Made by a program: the position numbers and the translations under genes. Below are positions 18,705 through 26,790 of a stretch of DNA of 64,000 nucleotides, one piece after another. The notes under the pieces are model-generated. The model worked only from the letters and a program-made list of their open reading frames with translations. It searched no databases and had not been told where the DNA came from. Position 1 is the stretch's first letter. Each line of letters opens with the position of its first letter. The stretch is from a virus (lineage: Duplodnaviria > Caudoviricetes): positions 930 to 64,929 of IMG/VR virus record IMGVR_UViG_2827231811_000003; one strand, 5' to 3'.

Positions 18705-19377
18705 GGGCGCGGCGCTCCTGGCGGTTCAGACCAGGCTTCCACGCTTCGATGAGGTGCTTGACCATCTCGGCGACGTGGATCAGTTCCAGGTCGTCGTCGC
18801 GGCTTCGGAGCCTGCGGTTGATCATCCAGGCGTCCTGCTCGGTCAGCGCGGCGTCGAGGAACAGCGCGACGAGCCATGCCTGCTGGCCGGTGTTCGCGCC
18901 GGTGGCCAGGGAGGCGGAGGTGAACAGCAGGACGATGTCTTTCGGCGGGTAGGCCGTGAGCTGGATGTCGAGGTCGGGCAGCTCGACCGGGATTTCCCGG
19001 TCGGTCGGTGGTGTGTAGTCCGAAGTGACCACGACAGGATCGGGTTCGTAGTGCGGGTCGTCGTCGGGCCAGTTCGACCACCGCTGGACCAGGCCGGTGA
19101 GCATCGTCAGGCACGCGTCCAGGTTCACCGGGTCGTTGAACTCGCAGATGCGCTCGAAGAACCGTTGCCGGTCCTGCGGTTCGAGGGTGCCTTCGACGAA
19201 GTCGAGCACGGCCATCGCCTGGTCGGCCTCACCCACGGACTGGCCAGCGACCTGTTGAGCGAAAAACAGCACCGAGTCCTTCGGCCGCTGCACGGTGATG
19301 TGTTCGCCGCACAGGTCGACCTGTACGGGCATCGGCGTGCGTTTGGAGCGTGGGGTCTCGAACGTCAGCGTCTTCAT
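18691..19377 (-). CDS. Tail assembly chaperone with tandem duplicated domain
   Basis: PKDSVLFF / PKDIVLLF internal repeat; position before TMP. Confidence 0.6.
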   Translation of the reverse strand: MKTLTFETPRSKRTPMPVQVDLCGEHITVQRPKDSVLFFAQQVAGQSVGEADQAMAVLDFVEGTLEPQDRQRFFERICEFNDPVNLDACLTMLTGLVQRWSNWPDDDPHYEPDPVVVTSDYTPPTDREIPVELPDLDIQLTAYPPKDIVLLFTSASLATGANTGQQAWLVALFLDAALTEQDAWMINRRLRSRDDDLELIHVAEMVKHLIEAWKPGLNRQERRARARS

Positions 19378-19412
19378 CCGGGAGCCTCCAGGTCAGGGTG
19401 GATGGTTCCCGG

Positions 19413-19430
19413 CGGCCACGATTTCGCCAG
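19413..19430 (-). promoter_or_regulatory. Late-gene motif upstream of tail chaperone
   Basis: Exact 18-mer ending 36 nt before ATG 19377. Confidence 0.7.
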
Positions 19431-19467
19431 TCCCGGCAGTCGCCAGCGTACGCGGATCGAGGGCATG

Positions 19468-19502
19468 AAAAAGCCCGCCCCGGGATTGCTCACGGGGCGG
19501 GC
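19468..19502 (-). terminator. Intrinsic terminator
   Basis: 10 bp GC stem GCCCGCCCCG/CGGGGCGGGC followed by TTTTT on the minus strand. Confidence 0.65.
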
Positions 19503-19662
19503 GTGACGCTCACAGCCCAGATGCCCATCAGGGGAAGTGCGCGCGAGAACCAGATTACGTCGCTGTGAGCGTTGGGGTCGACTCGCGATGCCGCACTGTG
19601 GGATCAGTAACGGGTAACACACATTTCCGCAGGTCAGAGGCCACTTTTCGTCAAGTAATCAT

Positions 19663-19682
19663 GTTAAGATGATTGCAATAAC
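19663..19682 (+). promoter_or_regulatory. Early promoter/operator box, copy 1
   Basis: GTTAAGATGATTGCAATAAC upstream of the ERF gene. Confidence 0.65.
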
Positions 19683-19765
19683 CAAATAAGACACCAAGAA
19701 GAAGCGGCGCCCGCACGACCTGGCAGTTGAACAGGCGCCGCCACCCGACAGAACAGGAGTCCGAC

Positions 19766-20617
19766 GTGTCCATAGCGTACGACACGCCACCGACAACCAG
19801 CGACAACAACGTCCACGCCGCGCTCATGGCCGTGATGCAGGACGTCCGCGCCGTCGGCAAGGACGGGTTCAACGGACAGTCCGGATACAACTTCCGCGGC
19901 ATCGATGGCGTGGTCAACGCGGTCGGACCGGCGCTGCGTCGGCACGGTGTGATGGTGCGGCCGGAACTGCTGCACTACGAGTCCGAGCAGGTCGAGGTCG
20001 GCAAGAACCGCACACTGAGCCAGTTCGTCACGGTGCAGGTGCGGTACACCTTCACCGGCCCAGCCGGCGACGAGACGTCGGCCGTGGTGCCGGGATCGGC
20101 GATGGACACCGGCGACAAGGCCGTGGCCAAGGCGATGAGCGTCGCGTTCCGCATCTGCCTGCTCCAGGCGCTCACGTTGCCGACCGAGGAGCCCGACCCG
20201 GACGAGACCACCTACGAACGGTCCCCGGCCGCGCCTGCGGTCAACATCGACTGGACGTCGGACCTCGAGGCGATGCGCGGCAACGTCGACGGGCTGTTGA
20301 TGCTGCATCGGCACGCCAAGGCCGCTGGCGCCGACGAGGCCACGCTCGGCGAGATCGTGGAAGCGGGGAAGGCCGCGCGGGCGGCGTCGCAGCAGCGGGC
20401 GCAGCAGGACGTCGTGGCCGAACAGCCCCAGCCTGGCGGCCAGGAGCTGTGTGAGGGGTCGGGCGAGTCGCCCGAGAGCTCGTTCGCGATATCGCCGCGA
20501 GGCAGCGTCGAGTACGGCATGTGCCCGTCCTGCATGGCGTATATCCCGCTGGACGGCGGCACCGTCCTGGCCCAGCACGTGCGGCAGGACGCCGCGGCCG
20601 CCGAGGGGGTGCGCTGA
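19766..20617 (+). CDS. ERF-family ssDNA-annealing recombinase
   Basis: YNFRGIDGVVNAVGPAL and GSAMDTGDKAVAKAMS motifs; AGGAG SD. Confidence 0.85.
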   Translation: MSIAYDTPPTTSDNNVHAALMAVMQDVRAVGKDGFNGQSGYNFRGIDGVVNAVGPALRRHGVMVRPELLHYESEQVEVGKNRTLSQFVTVQVRYTFTGPAGDETSAVVPGSAMDTGDKAVAKAMSVAFRICLLQALTLPTEEPDPDETTYERSPAAPAVNIDWTSDLEAMRGNVDGLLMLHRHAKAAGADEATLGEIVEAGKAARAASQQRAQQDVVAEQPQPGGQELCEGSGESPESSFAISPRGSVEYGMCPSCMAYIPLDGGTVLAQHVRQDAAAAEGVR

Positions 20618-21723
20618 TGACGTCGATCAAGGAGAACGGCGGGTTCGTCGCCACGCCGATGCCGCTGGCCGAGGAGATCGTGCTCTCGCACCTGGACCTC
20701 GACCACATCGACGGCCCGGTGCGCCTGCTCGAACCGTCCGCCGGAACCGGGAACCTCATCGAGGCGATGATCCGCTGGCACCCGCAGGCACGAATCACGG
20801 CGGTGGAGCCGAACGGGCACCACCGGCAGGAGATCCCCAACCACGACGAGGTGAGGATCATGCCGTGCGACTTCGAGGCCGCGTGGGGCCGGATGGTCGA
20901 CGACCCGAACATGCGGTTCGACGGGTGCGTGATGAACCCGCCGTTCGCACTGCCGCACAAGCCGACGGTGTGGATCGACCACGTCGACGCGGCGATGGAC
21001 CTGATGAACGTCGGCGGCGTGCTCGTGGCCATCGTCCCGGCCGGGTTCATGTTCCGCACCGACAAGAAGCACCGCTACATCCGGGAGCGGATGGACAAGT
21101 GGGACGTGCAGGCATACCCGCTGGAACCAGGAGCGTTCGAGGGCACGAACGTGCGCACCTGCGTGCTCGTGGCGACCAAGCCGGGCGAGGACGTCGTCGA
21201 GCCGGCGAAGCCGTCGTGGAAGCAGATGAGCCGCGAAGAGAAGATCGCAGCGAAGAAGGCCCGCATGGCGGCCGACCGGAAGCTCCGGCAGGCCGCGGAT
21301 CTCGCACTTGAGGACGAGGAGTTCTCGACCGAGCTGGAGCAGGTAGTGCACCGCATCCCGGCGGACGCCAAGCTGCGCACCTACAGCCCGCGGAATCAGG
21401 CTCTGGTGCTGATCCAGGCGGCGAGCCAGGGCATCACACTGACCGGCGACCTCCGCACGTTCGCCGCCTGGCGCCGCGAAGGCAGGGCGATCGTGAAGGG
21501 CTCGCAGGCCCTGCGGATCGTCGCGCCGATGGGCGACTGGGCCGACAAGCAGTCGTCCGGCCAGCCGGCCAACGAAGGCCCAGCGGCGGCCGGTGTGCCG
21601 ACTGCCGCCCGTGGGGCGCCGTCAGGACCAGCCGAGTCCGACGGCGACGACGGACAGTCGACGCCGCGGTTCACGATGCAGACGGTGTTCGACAGCGCGC
21701 AGACCCAGGAGGTCGGGTCATGA
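20617..21723 (+). CDS. Amino-methyltransferase fused to ArdC-like N-terminal ssDNA-binding domain
   Basis: LLEPSAGTG and VMNPPF; then YSPRNQALVLIQ..TFAAWRREGRAIVKGSQALRIVAP..VFDSAQT. Confidence 0.75.
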   Translation: MTSIKENGGFVATPMPLAEEIVLSHLDLDHIDGPVRLLEPSAGTGNLIEAMIRWHPQARITAVEPNGHHRQEIPNHDEVRIMPCDFEAAWGRMVDDPNMRFDGCVMNPPFALPHKPTVWIDHVDAAMDLMNVGGVLVAIVPAGFMFRTDKKHRYIRERMDKWDVQAYPLEPGAFEGTNVRTCVLVATKPGEDVVEPAKPSWKQMSREEKIAAKKARMAADRKLRQAADLALEDEEFSTELEQVVHRIPADAKLRTYSPRNQALVLIQAASQGITLTGDLRTFAAWRREGRAIVKGSQALRIVAPMGDWADKQSSGQPANEGPAAAGVPTAARGAPSGPAESDGDDGQSTPRFTMQTVFDSAQTQEVGS

Positions 21724-21947
21724 ACGCGCCCACCCTGACCAGTGCCCGCGAGTTCTGGCACAGCCGCTCCCGCACCAGCGTCGACGCCGATGCCGAGTTC
21801 CTCGAGGCCGCCCGGCGCGGCCGCTACGGGCCTCGGGTGGCGGACCTGGCCGCCGAGCTGTGCACCACCGCCGACGCCTTCCCGATCGACGACGACCCGG
21901 CACACCTTGCCGACCAGCTCGTCTCACACGCCAACCAGGAGGAGTGA
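21720..21947 (+). CDS. Hypothetical protein
   Basis: ATGA-coupled ORF. Confidence 0.55.
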   Translation: MNAPTLTSAREFWHSRSRTSVDADAEFLEAARRGRYGPRVADLAAELCTTADAFPIDDDPAHLADQLVSHANQEE

Positions 21948-21950
21948 CCG

Positions 21951-22211
21951 TTGCAGCACATCATCACCACAGACGTGCTCGTGCCGATGACCTGGGACGA
22001 CACCGCTGGAAAGTGGCGACTCGCGCCCGCTGCGCTCGACGGGTCGGAGCTGGACGTCCCCGAACCGCCGGAGCACTGCTCGACAGACAAGTGCGAGTGC
22101 GACGAGCAGGACGAGTGCGACGCCGTGTCTTCCCGCGCCGTCTGGGGACACATTCCGTCCGGCCGCGAGCTGGCCGAGATGATCAAAACCGCCACCGCCA
22201 ACCACTCCTGA
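21951..22211 (+). CDS. Cys-containing paralogue family member 1
   Basis: Similar to 23674-23952 and 24660-24959; GGAGGAG SD. Confidence 0.6.
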   Translation: MQHIITTDVLVPMTWDDTAGKWRLAPAALDGSELDVPEPPEHCSTDKCECDEQDECDAVSSRAVWGHIPSGRELAEMIKTATANHS

Positions 22212-22279
22212 CCTGCGAAAACAGCAGTCCATAATCATATCTCGCAGATCACAAAACGCACCACAAGAGCTCAAAACAG

Positions 22280-22298
22280 GTTAAGATAATTATATAAC
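22280..22298 (+). promoter_or_regulatory. Early promoter/operator box, copy 2
   Basis: GTTAAGATAATTATATAAC. Confidence 0.7.
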
Positions 22299-22330
22299 AA
22301 AGAAACAACCCGGATGAATCGGAGACCGAC

Positions 22331-22642
22331 ATGGACGTCATCGAGCTGGCCAGCAAGACCCTGACCGACATCTTCGGCACCGACCGCGACGGATTCGACC
22401 TCAACGACCCGATGCAGCGCATGGTCGTCAAGTACGCCGAGGACTACGCCGATGCCCGCCTCGAGGTGCAGGCCATCGCCCGCCGGATCAGCAAGGAGTT
22501 CCAGCTGGTAGCCGACGCTGACATCGAGATCACCCCGAGTCAGCCGTCCGACCTGCACCAGCGCTACATGCAGGAACGCACCCGGCTCGACGGGCTTGCG
22601 CGGACGCTCCGCAGCTTCGCTGGCATCTACAACCAGAAGTGA
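22331..22642 (+). CDS. Hypothetical protein
   Basis: GGAG SD after the early box and CCCGGATG. Confidence 0.6.
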   Translation: MDVIELASKTLTDIFGTDRDGFDLNDPMQRMVVKYAEDYADARLEVQAIARRISKEFQLVADADIEITPSQPSDLHQRYMQERTRLDGLARTLRSFAGIYNQK

Positions 22643-22716
22643 CCACCGAGGAGGGCGCGCCGGACCGCGCGCCCTCCTCCCCGTCACCACCGACGACACG
22701 ACACAAGGAGACCGCC

Positions 22717-22980
22717 ATGCACGACTTCATGCTGATCGCCTACGGCGACACCGGCAGCACGTCCCTGACCATCACCTACGCCAACTGGCTCGTCGTCGAC
22801 GAGACGTGCGAGCTGGACCTGATCAACGCCGACGAGCTGGCACCGGAGGAGGCGGCGGAGGTGCGCGACGTCGTTGGCGCCATTCGCCTGTCGGACGAGG
22901 CCACCCGGACCGAGCTGCTGCACGTGCTCAAGGTGGCCGCCGGGTCCGAGCAGGGCCTGGTCATTCTTCCGGCCGCCTGA
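22717..22980 (+). CDS. Hypothetical protein
   Basis: AAGGAG SD before ATG 22717. Confidence 0.55.
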   Translation: MHDFMLIAYGDTGSTSLTITYANWLVVDETCELDLINADELAPEEAAEVRDVVGAIRLSDEATRTELLHVLKVAAGSEQGLVILPAA

Positions 22981-23037
22981 CCAGGGAAAACACCATATCC
23001 CGCAGATCACATTCCCTACCGCCAGAGCTCAAAACAG

Positions 23038-23056
23038 GTTAAGATAATTATATAAC
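23038..23056 (+). promoter_or_regulatory. Early promoter/operator box, copy 3
   Basis: GTTAAGATAATTATATAAC, inside a 35 bp direct repeat of 22266-22300. Confidence 0.7.
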
Positions 23057-23087
23057 AACGAAAGATACACAGTAGCAGGAGGAAGTC

Positions 23088-23315
23088 ATGCAGGTCATCG
23101 AGATCACCGCCCAGGAAGCCGCAGCCCTCAAGGCCACGCTCCGCACGACGGACTCGGTGGCCATCGCCGACGGCACGGCCACGTTCGACATGACCGCCGG
23201 CAAGGCCCGCGCCACGGTCACCAAGGCCATCGGCAATGCCGAGACCTTCCGCGGCCACTTCCGGAGCCACCTCGTCGCCGACCTCTTCGCCGTTGCCCGC
23301 AAGCTCGCCGCCTGA
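23088..23315 (+). CDS. Hypothetical protein
   Basis: AGGAGG SD. Confidence 0.6.
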   Translation: MQVIEITAQEAAALKATLRTTDSVAIADGTATFDMTAGKARATVTKAIGNAETFRGHFRSHLVADLFAVARKLAA

Positions 23316-23357
23316 TCAGCCCCAGCACACCGAGAGGACCAGGAAGGAGCGCCAACC

Positions 23358-23648
23358 ATGAGCTGCCACTTCTCCGACGTGCACACGCACTACCGCGAGG
23401 ACCCGCGTGCAGCGGGTGAGCTGTCCTCGTACGTGATCGAGCGGCACGATCCGACTACCGGCGCCCGCTGGTCGATCGGCCGCGTGAACGGGTTCCGCGG
23501 CGACTGGGTCGCCCTCGGACTCGGCCACAACGCGTGGACGCCGTACTTCCCGTCCCGCGATTCCGCGGTGAAAGCGCTGCTCATGGCGCGCGGCGACTTC
23601 CGCGGCGTGTTTGCCCGTCAGCCGCGCGTGCCCGCCTGGCACCCCTGA
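23358..23648 (+). CDS. Hypothetical protein
   Basis: AAGGAG SD. Confidence 0.55.
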   Translation: MSCHFSDVHTHYREDPRAAGELSSYVIERHDPTTGARWSIGRVNGFRGDWVALGLGHNAWTPYFPSRDSAVKALLMARGDFRGVFARQPRVPAWHP

Positions 23649-23673
23649 ATCCACGCTCAGATTGGAGACGCCC

Positions 23674-23952
23674 ATGGACCACAAGATCGAAGGCTCCGTG
23701 ACCGTGCACCTGAAATGGTGCGACGAACGCGGCTGGTACGTCTCGCCGCTCAACCTCGACGGCTATCCGCTCACCGGCACGGAGGTATCCGGAACCGCCT
23801 GCGCGTGCAGCGAGTTCGATTGCGCCACCCAGCTCGACCGAGCCGCGGAGACGGACTACCCGAGGGGGCACCAGCTCCTGACGCTGTTGGCCGACGCCGT
23901 CGCCGAGCAGGCATACAACGCCTCCGAGTATCGAACGGGAGCGCGGTCGTGA
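23674..23952 (+). CDS. Cys-containing paralogue family member 2
   Basis: GGAG SD; LDG..CAC..C..PRGHQL pattern. Confidence 0.6.
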   Translation: MDHKIEGSVTVHLKWCDERGWYVSPLNLDGYPLTGTEVSGTACACSEFDCATQLDRAAETDYPRGHQLLTLLADAVAEQAYNASEYRTGARS

Positions 23953-24149
23953 GGTACACGCCCTGCTCAGGAACAACAGCCGAGCCGAGCAGCACGCGCC
24001 GGGTGTCGGCCGCCGGCCTCGGCTACAAGTTCTCGCATCTGCACGGAGCGGTGTTCGGCACCTGCCCCACATGCAGGCGAGACCTCCGCGTCACCAACAC
24101 CGGCCGCATCCCCCGCCACAAGGCCGCCCCCGACCACCCTGATCAGTGA
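23949..24149 (+). CDS. Small Zn-ribbon-like protein
   Basis: GTCPTCRR..IPRH motif; GTGA overlap. Confidence 0.45.
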   Translation: MRYTPCSGTTAEPSSTRRVSAAGLGYKFSHLHGAVFGTCPTCRRDLRVTNTGRIPRHKAAPDHPDQ

Positions 24150-24161
24150 GGATCACCCCGA

Positions 24162-24629
24162 ATGACGACGTTCGCGACCTGCTCGTACTACGAATTCCGG
24201 CGCGAGATGGGCATCCCCGTGCGCTCCAGCCTCGGATTCCCGAAGTTCACGCTGAAATACCCGCTGGTCCACGCCATGCCCGACACCTACCCGAAGCGAC
24301 AGTGGCTCCGCGGAGTCGACAAGCGCGAGTTCGTCGACCTGTACCGCACGATGATCGAAACGAAGGGCGTGGAGCGGCTGCGCGAGCAGGCCGCCGAGAT
24401 CCGCGCTCAGGAGCAGGCGTTGCGTGCTGACGCGGCCGACCTGCCGGTGGTGCTGCTGTGCTTCGAGCGCTGGGACAACCCGAAGAAGCAGCCCGAGTAT
24501 TGCCACCGGCACGTGTTCGCCGCGGTGTGGCGCGACCTGACCGGCGAAGACGTGCCGGAGTTCGGCGCCATGCCGCGGCCGGAGACGAAAGCGCAGGAGC
24601 GCGCGGCCGATCAGTTCGGCCTGTTCTGA
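24162..24629 (+). CDS. DUF488-family protein
   Basis: VVLLCFE..YCHRHVFA motif. Confidence 0.7.
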   Translation: MTTFATCSYYEFRREMGIPVRSSLGFPKFTLKYPLVHAMPDTYPKRQWLRGVDKREFVDLYRTMIETKGVERLREQAAEIRAQEQALRADAADLPVVLLCFERWDNPKKQPEYCHRHVFAAVWRDLTGEDVPEFGAMPRPETKAQERAADQFGLF

Positions 24630-24659
24630 CACCTCACCCCAGCTGAAGGAGGGACCGGC

Positions 24660-24959
24660 ATGACACCGGAGGAGAACGGAGGTCACCACCTCGTGGAAGA
24701 CGCCGTGGTGGTGTACCTCAAGTACGACTTCGACGCTGACGACTGGATCGTGGACCGCGCCGCGGTCGACGGCGGGGCGCTGTTCTCGCAGTTCAGCGAC
24801 TACAAGGGGGTCGAGGCGCCGCTGACCGAGGAGTGCGTGTGCGATGACCCGACGGCCTGTGAGCAGGCACGGCTGCACGCGGCGAGAACGTCGCTGCCCA
24901 CCGGTGAGGAGCTGATGCACAGGATCCGGGACGCGGTCGAGGCCGAGGGGAGGGCGTGA
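24660..24959 (+). CDS. Cys-containing paralogue family member 3
   Basis: GGAGG SD; VDG..CVC..C..PTGEEL pattern. Confidence 0.6.
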   Translation: MTPEENGGHHLVEDAVVVYLKYDFDADDWIVDRAAVDGGALFSQFSDYKGVEAPLTEECVCDDPTACEQARLHAARTSLPTGEELMHRIRDAVEAEGRA

Positions 24960-25225
24960 TGCGGTGCGAGGTGGTGCTCTACACCACGGAGGACGAGGGC
25001 ACGTTCGAGGCGGTGTTCGTGGATGGCGTGCGGGTCGACGCCGAGGTCACCCATCTCGATCCCGGACGTGGCGGCTGGGAGCTCCGCGAGTGGCGCAAGG
25101 AACGTGAGGCTGATGCTCAGGCCGCCAGCGTCGCGGCGGCCGCGGTGATCCGACAGTGGGCAGCGGACGCCGAGTCCTCTCGCTACATCAGCCGAGACCC
25201 CTCATCTGAGGTCGCAAATCTATAA
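24956..25225 (+). CDS. Hypothetical protein
   Basis: GTGA overlap. Confidence 0.55.
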   Translation: MMRCEVVLYTTEDEGTFEAVFVDGVRVDAEVTHLDPGRGGWELREWRKEREADAQAASVAAAAVIRQWAADAESSRYISRDPSSEVANL

Positions 25226-25246
25226 GTGCCCCAGCGTTTCCGCTGG

Positions 25247-25300
25247 TCAACACACGTCGATCCCCTCGCTCACGTTGGCGAGGGGATCGACGTGTGTTGA
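25247..25300. terminator. Bidirectional terminator-like 23 bp perfect hairpin
   Basis: TCAACACACGTCGATCCCCTCGC (25247-25269) and its reverse complement (25278-25300) between convergent genes. Confidence 0.65.
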
Positions 25301-25303
25301 GCG

Positions 25304-26203
25304 TCAGCGGACGTTCATCCAGTCCGCGATCATCTTGTCGAGCAGCTGCCATGGCTTGCCGGCCTCGATCTCTCCGGAGTCGGTGGCGGTCTTGAGGGCC
25401 TTCGTCATGGCCGCTGCTGTGGTCGCTGGGACGGTCCGAGAGCCGAAGACCACCTCCAACCCGACGTGGCCTTGATGCAGCGGCTCCGCCGATTCTGGGG
25501 ATAGGTAGCCCTCTTGCAGGTCGGTCAGGTGGTTCTCCGTCAGCGCGATCAGCACGCCGAGCGCGGTGGCGACGTTGCCGATGTTGTGCGAGCTGTGCGC
25601 TGCGGCGAGTGCGTCGAGCATCGGGTTGTAGTCCCGGTAGGCGGCCAGCCAGGTCTCGTCGACGGCCTTGCTCAGCGATTCCAGGGCGTCGCGGGCGGCG
25701 TCGGCCTCCGGCGGCAGGAACGTCAACTGCACGGTGTGGAAATCGAGGTTGGCCTCGGACAGGCTCTCCAGGTCGACCTTGTCCAGCAGTTCCAGGGTCT
25801 TGTCGTCGAGCCCGGCGTAGCCGCGGTAGTCGATGTCCTCGATGGATTCGTAGAGCTGCTTGAGGATCGCGATGTCGTCCTCGCCCTCGATGGCGTTGTG
25901 CGACAGCTGGAGCGCGACCTGGCGGGCTTTCGGCAGGTTCTGGGTGATGAGTTTGCAGTCGGCCTCGACAATGCCGGCGTCCACGGCAGCTTGCACGCGG
26001 TGGTTGCCGGACAGGATCAGCTCTCGGCCCTCGTCATACTCGCCGCCGGAGTAGATCAGCGGCGTGGAGGTCAGCTCCCCGTCCTCGCGCAGGTTCTCGA
26101 CCAGCCGCTGGTAGGTCTCCTGCCGCATGTAGCGGGCGTTCGTGTCCAGCGGGGTCAGGTCGGCCAGCGTGCGGCGGACGATGGTGGTGTCGAGCTTCGT
26201 CAT
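25304..26203 (-). CDS. ParB/Sulfiredoxin-like N-terminal domain protein
   Basis: NARYM, ILSGNHRVQAA and LSHNAIEGEDD motifs. Confidence 0.85.
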   Translation of the reverse strand: MTKLDTTIVRRTLADLTPLDTNARYMRQETYQRLVENLREDGELTSTPLIYSGGEYDEGRELILSGNHRVQAAVDAGIVEADCKLITQNLPKARQVALQLSHNAIEGEDDIAILKQLYESIEDIDYRGYAGLDDKTLELLDKVDLESLSEANLDFHTVQLTFLPPEADAARDALESLSKAVDETWLAAYRDYNPMLDALAAAHSSHNIGNVATALGVLIALTENHLTDLQEGYLSPESAEPLHQGHVGLEVVFGSRTVPATTAAAMTKALKTATDSGEIEAGKPWQLLDKMIADWMNVR

Positions 26204-26790
26204 GTGCGCACTCCTGCGTACTCGTCGTGGAGGGTGTCGCCGGTCCACAGCGCCAGTTCGAGCGCGAGCACGAGGTCGTCGTGACCGGATGCGGCCTCGT
26301 GCTTGTGGTAGCCGGATCGGGTCGGTCGGCGGGCGAACCTGCGCAGCTGGTCCATCGTGGCCACGCCGCCGTCGCTGTCGGGCAGGGAGATGCCGGACTG
26401 TTCGAGCGCGACTTGGAGCGTTTCGGTCAGCCGGTGTTTGCCGACGGTGTAGTCGTGCTCGTCCGTGCGGGCGAGGGTGCGGGAGCTGCCGATGGTGATC
26501 GCGCAGATGTGCAGGCCGGGCCGGTTCCGGCGGGCCATTTCGACCACGGCCGCTCCGATGCCGGTGGCGTCGATCGACAGCACGGTCTGGTGCCCGGCGG
26601 CGTGGAACGCGCCCGCGAGGCTGGTCGCCATCTTCGCCAGGTCCAGGTACTCGGTGCCGAGTTCGATGTTGCCGATCTCCAGCACGGACCAGTGCGGGCG
26701 GTGGCTGTTCGGCCGCGGGTCGCCGGAGTGCAGCACGCCGAGGGCGGCGGGGTCGTGTTCGCGGCCGACGTCGAGCCCGATGGAGATCAT
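26200..26790 (-). CDS. Stand-alone terminase large-subunit nuclease (RNase H fold) domain
   Basis: IGLDVGREHD, IDATGIG and GHDDLVLAL acidic triad motifs; no ATPase domain. Confidence 0.75.
   Translation of the reverse strand: MISIGLDVGREHDPAALGVLHSGDPRPNSHRPHWSVLEIGNIELGTEYLDLAKMATSLAGAFHAAGHQTVLSIDATGIGAAVVEMARRNRPGLHICAITIGSSRTLARTDEHDYTVGKHRLTETLQVALEQSGISLPDSDGGVATMDQLRRFARRPTRSGYHKHEAASGHDDLVLALELALWTGDTLHDEYAGVRT

Noticed and set aside
18691-18720. Programmed -1 frameshift between tail chaperones
   Set aside because: No slippery heptamer seen; the downstream gene has its own AGGAG and GTG
25247-25300. Hairpin telomere or MITE
   Set aside because: Lies between convergent stop codons like a terminator; no protelomerase recognised; no target duplication
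25304-26203. Partition ParB for the ParA at 56360
   Set aside because: 30 kb away, coupled to modification and terminase genes; ParA already has an adjacent RHH partner
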